Made by a program: the position numbers and the translations under genes. 64,000 nt of DNA, from the NCBI GenBank assembly GCA_964016885.1, contig OZ024758.1, positions 3,906,001-3,970,000 on the forward strand, given 5' to 3'. Positions within the stretch are counted from its first letter, which is position 1. Each line of letters begins with the position of its first letter. The notes under the pieces are model-generated. The model saw only the letters and a list, made by a program, of their open reading frames with translations, was not told the origin of the DNA and made no database searches. This document shows positions 55,183 to 64,000 of this stretch, one piece after another. The DNA comes from Eledone cirrhosa. Lineage: Eukaryota.

Positions 55183-55603
55183 TATATAGAGAGAGATATC
55201 AGTGATGCATCTGAAACTCAATTTATTGTGTGTTACAATTGTTTCGCCAGCGGACAGTTCGAGACGCGATCATTGTGTGGATCTGTCTGATTCTGGACCC
55301 GCAGGTTCGACGGACACGTCTAATGATTTCGGACCATATTCTGTGTGAGAATATGCTCCGAAATCACTAGACGTGTCTTCTACATATATATTTATATGTA
55401 TATTTATATATATAAATATATATTCTTCTTCTATTTATCCTAAATCCGAAAACATTTTCCTGTGTAAAAGGTGTATACATGATTTCTAATAAACTTGTAT
55501 TATATATACATATCTGTGTAGGTGTGTGTCAATATATATGTAAGTGTGGGTGTATTTTCGTGTGTACAGTCATATATACTTCCACGCATATTCGTTATAA
55601 ATA
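54484..55603. repeat. 165-bp near-perfect inverted repeat pair (54484-54648 and 55439-55603)
   Basis: One mismatch seen by eye; spacer of about 790 bp. Confidence 0.92.
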
Positions 55604-55702
55604 TAACTTTCCATATATATATTTAAATATAACTTTCCATATATATATTTATATATATATATATATATATATCTTATATATATATAGAGAGAGAGACGTT
55701 TC

Positions 55703-55745
<43 letters not shown>

Positions 55746-56056
55746 ATGTTTATATACACATCTGGGTGTTTGAAGGTGCATTCGTACATGTAAGAAGAAT
55801 CTATAAATTGTTGGACAAATATTATGAGATATATGTTTATGTCTCTTCACGAACTGAAACCAAATACATTTGATCCTCGTAACACTTTACCAATACGATG
55901 ACAACAAATCTCTCTGAGAATTACATTATAGATATATGTGTTTTGCAGTGCTGTGGTAAATTAATTCAGGGCATGTAGTTAATACTCCAATGGGATCTCA
56001 AATTAAAAGACTGTCAAATACACGCTGAAAGAAGTATATTACTATAGTATGATATA

Positions 56057-56242
56057 CTTGTTTCTACTTTTGGCACAGGGCCAGCAATTAACCATTGCAT
56101 TACTGGTACTTTATTTTATCCACCACGTAAGGATGAAAGGCAAAGGTAACCTCGGCGGGATTTGAAATCAGACCTTAAAGGGCCGTAACTCTTTGCTGCA
56201 AAGCATGGCGTCCGACCCGCTACCGATACTGCCAATCCACCA
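56057..56242 (-). mobile_element. SINE family 1 (short form)
   Basis: Reverse complement covers the full element from head to 3' end. Confidence 0.9.
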
Positions 56243-56504
56243 ACCAATTACTATAGAATAACATAATGCATTTACGGCGTTGTTCAAGACAATATTTGGC
56301 CCGCTGCAAATGATTTTCCTGCTATTACGATAATCTCTCAATGGAGTTTGGTAAATAATTAGCTATGTTCACCCTTATTCTGTCCATCCAACAACTAGAA
56401 TACTCATACCCCATCCGACGGTGATCCCTTATTTTATTAAATATTTAAGTACATTGGTAGTTATGTTGGAATTAATTAACATATTAGTTATATATATATA
56501 TATA

Positions 56505-56852
56505 TATTAAAATAATTGATTAAAGTTTAAACAAGGAATCGCTGCTTTCACCCTTATATATATATGATATAGAAAAGGCTTCTATTCTGCTATGTATGGT
56601 GTACCTTACTTACTGTGGTTACCCCTAATTGAACCCGGGATAAACTTATATATATATGACAAGATTCAAGACACCGGCAGTTGAGCTTCGGCCTTTTCGA
56701 CAGCTAGATCCGGAATTCGGATGTAGCTGTCGAAACAACTGAAGCTCAAACGACGGGGTCCTGAAACTTTCCATATTACCCACTCTACTACCACAAGATT
56801 CGAGTAGTCGAGTGGTTATGGTGCACCTGGTATTTTACCATACCCTTTCTGA
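56505..56852. mobile_element. Stack of family C, B and A fragments separated by short (TA)n
   Basis: C at 56505-56556, B at 56565-56645, A at 56657-56852. Confidence 0.75.
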
Positions 56853-57093
56853 TATATAAACCTGTGTGTGTGTGTGTGCTTGTTGTGTGTATGTATGTGT
56901 ATGTGTGCTTTCAGATATGTATTTTATATATATATATATAATTGGGTGTATGTAGCTATACAATTATTGAATCTTTTTATATACCTATACAACTCACATA
57001 CACAAACATGCGCACAGACACACATATATACATATATATTTATACATTCATTTACACATATACACAAATACCTAAGAATGTATATACACACAC

Positions 57094-57128
<35 letters not shown>

Positions 57129-57759
57129 TACGAATTAATTTTCTAATATGGTGGTCTTTCTTATCAGAGCGAAACGCATTTACGCTGTGTTTTCGCTCAC
57201 TTTCTTATAAATAATTCCTCTTTTCTCACTCTTCTCATTTTTCTTTGTAGCGCCCCCCCCCCTCCCCATATCCCTTTACTACACATCTGTTATTTTTTTT
57301 TACAACCTACCGTATTACAACTTTGTTTTTCACTTTTTTATACCTACCTATGTATGTTATAGTCGGGTTTTGCCAGCTCAATAAATCAGAGGACACCTAA
57401 GTAGAAATATCTGTCTGTCTGAGCCTCCCATCATTCTCTGAATGTTATGTTTACACGTGCTTACAGCTACCAAGGTGCTTACACTTGCGAATGGAATAAA
57501 CAGCCGAATGGGTAAAAAATTTAATATAACATTACAACACAAGTATAGAAGATATTGCGCTTCCACCCGTCACCTACCTCACATCCAATCATATAAACAT
57601 AGGCACACTAGATGTTTATATGATATTGTCACTGTTTCATTTACATCTTTATTTTACTATTCCAGCATCGCTGTACATTCATTACTGTATCGTATCAATC
57701 CTATGGAATGTCTCAACAATAGTTAAATCTCAATATTATCTCAGCTCTACCGTATATAT

Positions 57760-57990
57760 ATATTCTGTCATTACTACCACAGAGGTAGGACGAGCCATTG
57801 CAGATTGAACCTTGAGCTAATCAATAGCGAAACGTGCGTCACCAACCAATAAATATAATAAAGGTGTAACCATTCGTCCTTCAATTTTTACATTGCATTT
57901 TGTCTAGTTCAACACCTCGACACGACGTGACCCTAAACATCGAGTGCTCACCCGGGTGAAACTACAGTAACTCCGCGTTACACTCCATGG

Positions 57991-57991
<1 letters not shown>
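57760..57991 (+). mobile_element. pLTR-like element with eroded hammerhead
   Basis: CCTTGA-GCTA-ATCAA-TAGC-GAAA-CGTGCG-TC, then AATAAA, TCGAGTGCTC and (TA)n. Confidence 0.6.
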
Positions 57992-58021
<30 letters not shown>

Positions 58022-58334
58022 TAATATTAATAAATACAAAGACCAGCGTCCAATGAGGAATCGAATGATTATATCTTCTCTTGTGTACCTCCTCTACTTT
58101 CTCATCTTAATCTGCTACACAGTATTGTCTTTTGTTGTGACACCACAAAATATCGGTACCAAAACTAAGTTTCACATCAAGAATCGCTCAAAAAACATAT
58201 ATATATATATATATATATATTTATTAAAATAACCGATTACAGTTTAAGCAAAGAATCGATGCTTTCACCCTTAACGGGATCTTCAGAATCTTTGGATTTT
58301 AGTCTTCAAATTTATTATTATTACTATATATATC

Positions 58335-58369
<35 letters not shown>

Positions 58370-58433
58370 TATATATATTGAGTAAAATGAAAGGAAGACG
58401 GACTGGTTAAATTCCTTCAAAGATTTGTTATAG

Positions 58434-58497
58434 TAAACATTATATATATTTCAATGGCCAAGTTCCGTAAGATCCTGGGAACATCATCAGATATTTA
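58434..58497 (-). ncRNA. Type I hammerhead ribozyme motif (family D)
   Basis: TAAATAT-CTGATGA-irregular helix II (GTTCC/GGAAC)-GAAA-TATATA-TA-ATGTTTA; 7-bp helix I. Confidence 0.65.
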
Positions 58498-59046
58498 TTG
58501 CATATATATATATATATATATGTAAGTATGCATGTATACGTACATACATATATGTATACAGACGTACAGTAGCATGCACATATATATATATATATACATA
58601 TATACATACATATGCATACAGGTACACATACATATATGCACGTATCAGTTTAGCGGCGCTTATTATAACGTCGCTTTGTTCGTTTGTAAACAAACTGAAC
58701 AGCCTGAATTTATGCCATACGGTGTTAAGGCAACCACGTCACCTTTTTGTTCAACACTGATATATGTATGTACGTATACATGCATACTTACATTTAAGTA
58801 AGTGCCATACTAAGAGTGAGAAATGAAATTTCGTTTTCATTTTGTTTCAATTTATATATATATATATATATACACACACATTTGAGTACAGCATTAACGA
58901 AGCTTTAGTTTGCGGCTAAGCTAACGAATGCAAATTCGGCATGTAGCTTTAGCACTCGAATGGGAATAATACCCCAGAGTAACAGAGTAATAACAATACG
59001 TTTAGACAGCATTACCACAGCAACGAGAATGGTTGGACTCAGGAAA

Positions 59047-59047
<1 letters not shown>

Positions 59048-59134
<87 letters not shown>
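59048..59134. repeat. (TG)n microsatellite
   Basis: Directly visible. Confidence 0.97.
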
Positions 59135-59136
<2 letters not shown>

Positions 59137-60377
59137 TTTTGTTTTTAGAACTTCACATTGTCGTTTCTTCATCTTTCTGTGTGTCTGCTACAGTATATCT
59201 TCTAGCCTTTCTCTCATAATATCTAGATATTTCAGCGATCCATTACTGTCACTTTGTCAGAATATGATACGATCTACAGGTTCACTAATGTTGCTCTACA
59301 ATGAATTACCCTTGTGGAGTGCGATACACTGCGTTCAGTCCTGTAGTAAGAGGTTCATCCATGCGTATTTTTCTGTTGTCGACCTCTCTGGATATTCAAT
59401 TATGGTTCTGGTTGTTGTGAACTTTACGAATAAGTCGAACTAGTTGGAAACACCACAGTATGTCTAGTAATATAGTAAGAAGGAAAAGTAATGGTGTGTG
59501 GTATTTCGTACGAATTCGGGAAGGACATATCAAGTATTCTGTTTATTTATTGTTAATGTTTTATTTCATCACTGTAGGTAAATTAAGGAATAAGAACTAA
59601 GGTGTTGATGTTTATGAAGTGTAATGTGTGAATAATATACAGACTAGGTTAGATAAACATGTTTCCAGGTTAACAAATGGTCTATTTCATATTCTTACCT
59701 GATTTCTGTGTTGGACGGCTGACATTTCACTTTACTTAATTCACTAATGACTTAAACATAAGTATATTCTTCACAAGAGTTCATTTTCATACTGTCTCAT
59801 ACCTCACCCTCCCCTATCGCCCCCTCTCTTCCCCCCTCTCTCTCTCTGTATATATATATATATGAATATATATATATATATATGTCTGTGTGTGTGTGTG
59901 TGTATATACAAATATAAATGATACGTATATACATACACATATATATATATATGTATACAAATAAATATGATACATACACACACAAACACACACACACACG
60001 CACATATATATATACATACATACACATACATACATACATACATACACGCGCATGGATGTTTTTTCTATTTATTTTCATTCATTCTTGTCACAAAATGTAT
60101 TCATCCATGAAGTTTAAAATGAGATATATATATATACATTGATATTTGAATTTAAAATCAGGGTGACAAACCCCTCTATGGCGCCAAGAGACTACATACC
60201 GCCCGGAGAGTATTTTCATGCCAACTGTACTGATAAAATAGCTAACATAACAAAAATATCGACCAATTAATGCCTGTGGTTCGATCCCTTTATTCAATAA
60301 ATTCAATTTTCTCCGATTTCATGTAACTACTATGAAAGCAATAATTTTTTAAAGTGATCCCTCTATGTTCGGAATTA

Positions 60378-60433
<56 letters not shown>

Positions 60434-60565
60434 ATGTGTGTATATATATTTTTACAGTTATTTATATAATTTTCAATGTATGTTTACGATCTATGACATT
60501 GTGATTGAAAGGTGAATTATCGTGGTAACATGAGTAATATCAGAAAAAACCTTATGTGATTAGAA

Positions 60566-60870
60566 ATAATTGTTTCTACTTTTGGCACAAGGCCAGCAAT
60601 TACCCAGTGCATTACTGGTACTTTATTTTATCGACTTCGTAAGGATGAAAGGCAAAGTAAACCTCGGTTTCTTATATAGGCACAAGGGCAGCAATTTGGA
60701 GGAGGGAAAAGTCGATTGAATCGACCCCAGTGCGTGACATGTATTTTATTTTATCGACCCCGTAAGGATGAAAGGCAAAGTTAACCTTGGCATGATATGA
60801 ACTCAGATCATAAAGGGCCGTAACTCTATGCTGCAAAACATGGCGTCCGACGCTCAACCGATACTGCTAA
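60566..60870 (-). mobile_element. Two tandem SINE family 1 copies
   Basis: Short-form 3' half followed by a long-form copy. Confidence 0.88.
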
Positions 60871-61546
60871 TTGAATCACATTTAGGGAGATCTTTTTTTA
60901 TGTTAATATCTAAAAATTGTTTCTTCATAATTCTTACTTCTACACAAATAAGTTTGTGTAGTTAAGAATTACGAGTTGAAATTTATTGAAATTACTAGAT
61001 TCTCGGCTCCACTTCACGGCAGCTTATTAGACCGAAATGTTATTGAATCTCATGAGAGGGACAGTCCCTTCTCTGTAAGGAGTTAATATCACACTATTTG
61101 AAAAGTTCATGTTTGTGGTAAAGTTTACAGTTGCAAGTATTTAAGGTCGGTGTTTGTTCCTGAGGATCGCGTCCTTCAATGTTCTGTTCCTTCCGCCCAG
61201 TTATGAGTGAGGCCCTGCAAAATTCTATGGCTAGTGCATATGACCCGACCTCCTCAGTCTGAGTCAGCCCTTTGGAGACTGTACATAACCACATATTTTT
61301 GCTTTTCATTATATTTTTCTAAACATATTATATGACTTTTAAATATCGGCACTAATGCGTGAGACTCTTGAACATTGTGCTATTTCTAAAGTTATTATTC
61401 ACAATAACCCATGACCATATATGTATATATGATATATTTATATAATAATATGGGGGTGGTGTTTACATATAGCAGGCACACATACATATAGATACATAAG
61501 TATAAACATATATATGTGAGCGGTGTCTGACCTGTAATATACATAA

Positions 61547-61586
<40 letters not shown>

Positions 61587-61678
61587 TTATGTATATGTGT
61601 GTATATATAAGTATATGTATACATATAGAAGATATACAGACATAAGTATAATCATGTATGTAAGTGATGTTTAACATG

Positions 61679-61715
<37 letters not shown>

Positions 61716-62214
61716 GAATAACTTTATAGAAGCTATTGTATATATATGTGTACCATTTCATAAGACGTACATCCGGTATATTTATTTGATCTTCGGTGCA
61801 ACAGAAATTAAATTAAATAAAAATGGGAACCACTGGTCTAGGATATTTAGAACAGACATTGAGAAAGTTAATGTAGAACTTTCCAACATATTCATTCTAT
61901 TCTCCCCTTCCTTCCACTATACGATTCCATTTCAAGTAATATTATTTATGTGTATCGCTCTTTGACAAACACAACCTATTTACACATCGGAACAACTTAT
62001 TGATGTTAATAATCATCAAACAAATATTGTTGAAGTATATATATATATATATATATATACATATAGATCTTGAGTATATGTTGGTTGTATACCAACACCT
62101 CAGTATGCAGGCTGGAGCACTCGACGAGGTGCGCAGGTTGGTTTCGTTACTCCGGAGTAATGTAAAATAAAGTAAAATAAAAAGTCAAATGTTTAAAATT
62201 TAGCTTCGTTTATT

Positions 62215-62269
62215 ACTGCTATATATATTTCGGTGACAGCCATCTTTGGCTGTGACCTCTTCAGGCAGT
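62215..62269 (-). ncRNA. Complete type I hammerhead ribozyme motif
   Basis: ACTGC-CTGAAGA-GGTCACAGCCA-AAGA-TGGCTGTCACC-GAAA-TATATA-TA-GCAGT-AATAAA. All core nucleotides present, 5-bp helix I, helix II pairing at 10 of 11 positions. Confidence 0.82.
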
Positions 62270-62362
62270 CCGAATTAGTGTGGTATAGACAAGTACATAT
62301 GTTGTTGAGGTGTATAATTTTTTCAATACTCTGATATGCCCAGTTCCTGGTTGGGTTGTTAT

Positions 62363-62407
62363 TTCACTGAGGAACTGGAATCATATGATTCCAGTTCCTC
62401 AGTGAAA
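62363..62407. repeat. Perfect palindrome of about 46 bp
   Basis: TTTCACTGAGGAACTGGAATCATATGATTCCAGTTCCTCAGTGAAA. Confidence 0.9.
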
Positions 62408-62556
62408 CTAGAAGATCCCGTTAAGGATGAAAGCAGCGATTCTTTGCTTAAACTTTAATCTGTTATTTTAATAAATATTTGCTCTTATATATCTGATTTA
62501 TATTTATCCTTATCGTGCCCTCTTTGGATTTTAGCCTTCACATTTTTTATTATTAC
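62408..62556 (+). mobile_element. Family C element with tail
   Basis: AGAAGATCCCGTTAAGGATGAAAGC..TCTTTGGATTTTAGCCTTC..(TA)n. Confidence 0.75.
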
Positions 62557-64000
62557 TATATATATATATATACACATAAATAATTGCACACACACAGACA
62601 CAGACAAAGACAGACACACACACACACCCATTTATATATATATATAAACAGACATAGAGAGAGACGAATTAATAGATAGGCATGTAGATAGATAAATATA
62701 TAAACACATATATAGATAGATGGATAGATGAGTATATGAATAGATGGATAGATGGATAGATAGATAGATAGATAGACATAATTTGTCCCAAAAAATAAAT
62801 TGTTTTCAGACATTTTCAAACAAAAATGGATCGACATTATTACAGCAAGGATATATAACTGTAGAGACATATAATATAGCAGATAATTGCTGGAGTGAGG
62901 TTTATCTTTGTTTTCTTTTCGGTACATATATATACATGGAAAAAAAATCATGCTTTTCTTATCTGTGTGTTTTTGTCCTTATTATTTGTCTTTGCTGGAG
63001 ACAGTGACTAAACATGACTTACTCATCCGTGTTCTTTAGTATTTGTTTTCTTAACCTGGCAATAATAACACGCATTAACTGGGCAAATAACTCCAATGGT
63101 AGGGACACCAGGCGGTTTGATGTCAGTGTTTCGTTTATTTAAACAGCATCTCTTCTTATACAGAGTTATGACGGTTTGCTATTTCAATCATTACAAACAT
63201 AAAATGTGAATGATTTCCTTCTATTTACTGAATCATTGCAGCTTTTCCATTAATATTTTCTGTAAGATCAATTTTCCAGCTACATCTTTTTGTGACTTTT
63301 GTTGATACGTGTAAAGGTGAAATCTCTTGCGATATTCTCACAGAACGTAACTTTAATATAAATCATTTCTTAAGAAAGGAAATCCAAAGAAAACTGTTAT
63401 ATACGAAATTAGTTCGATCTATTCATTCCTACTAAAATCATGATTGGTTTGGATTTGGCATGCGTAGACGAGAATGTTCCAAATTTTCATTAAATATTGT
63501 GGACACTGTAGAATCTGAGGAAATCACGAGAAAACATGGCTGCTTGTGCTAATCGGTGGCTGTATGAGGAATGGTTGTATTGAAAGCTGCACTTACATTG
63601 GTGAGATATGATCGGAATGTAAAAGAATAAAAAATCACGTCTATGGATTGTATTTAAACCAATTTTGAGATTTCTGGTTATAAATATTTTCTATAGTGGA
63701 GTGATAGCATTAAGGAAAAAATGAGAAAAGTTAATATATTTATCAGGAACCTGCTAGACGTTAATAATAAGTATGGGGTATATGGAACTATTGACACTAG
63801 AGAGCATTATATGAAGTCCTTGACAAGTATGACTGATGAAGTTTATTTCAATGTTCTCAGAGTACAAACCATATTTCGGATCATAATGATTGAAGAGAGA
63901 GAGAAAAAAAACTCTTTAACTGAAAAACGAAAAAAGTGAGAAAATTACAGAAATGATAAACGGTGTTTAAGAAAATCTTAGCACTGCAGCAAACACTCAT

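Noticed and set aside
59140-59440. Possible decayed RTE LINE C-terminus (EPVDRIIF*Q)
   Set aside because: Similarity too weak to assert without a search. The same applies to the APE-like hints at about 50170 (LQET) and about 63680 (IFYSG).

Overview
AT-rich eukaryotic non-coding DNA with very dense microsatellites; the repeat content suggests a coleoid cephalopod (octopus-like) genome, which is an inference. I found no credible host protein-coding exon, and the supplied ORFs are nearly all translated microsatellites. Recognisable content: about 20 copies of a tRNA-derived SINE (family 1); a second CORE-like SINE group; 3' fragments of a CR1/L2-type LINE and a CRE-clade LINE; several hAT and pogo/Tigger-like MITEs; minisatellites. 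The main unexpected signal is at least six unrelated families of short (about 100-600 bp), asymmetric fold-back elements that sit almost only inside (TA)n tracts and pile up there. Many carry hammerhead-ribozyme motifs of the form helix I-CUGANGA-helix II-GAAA-palindromic hexamer-UH-helix I', often followed by AATAAA. Two look complete or nearly so (62215-62269 and 58434-58497, minus strand). This matches miniature non-autonomous Penelope-like retroelements (inverted pseudo-LTR plus tail) targeting (TA)n. All coordinates were read by eye and boundaries are approximate.
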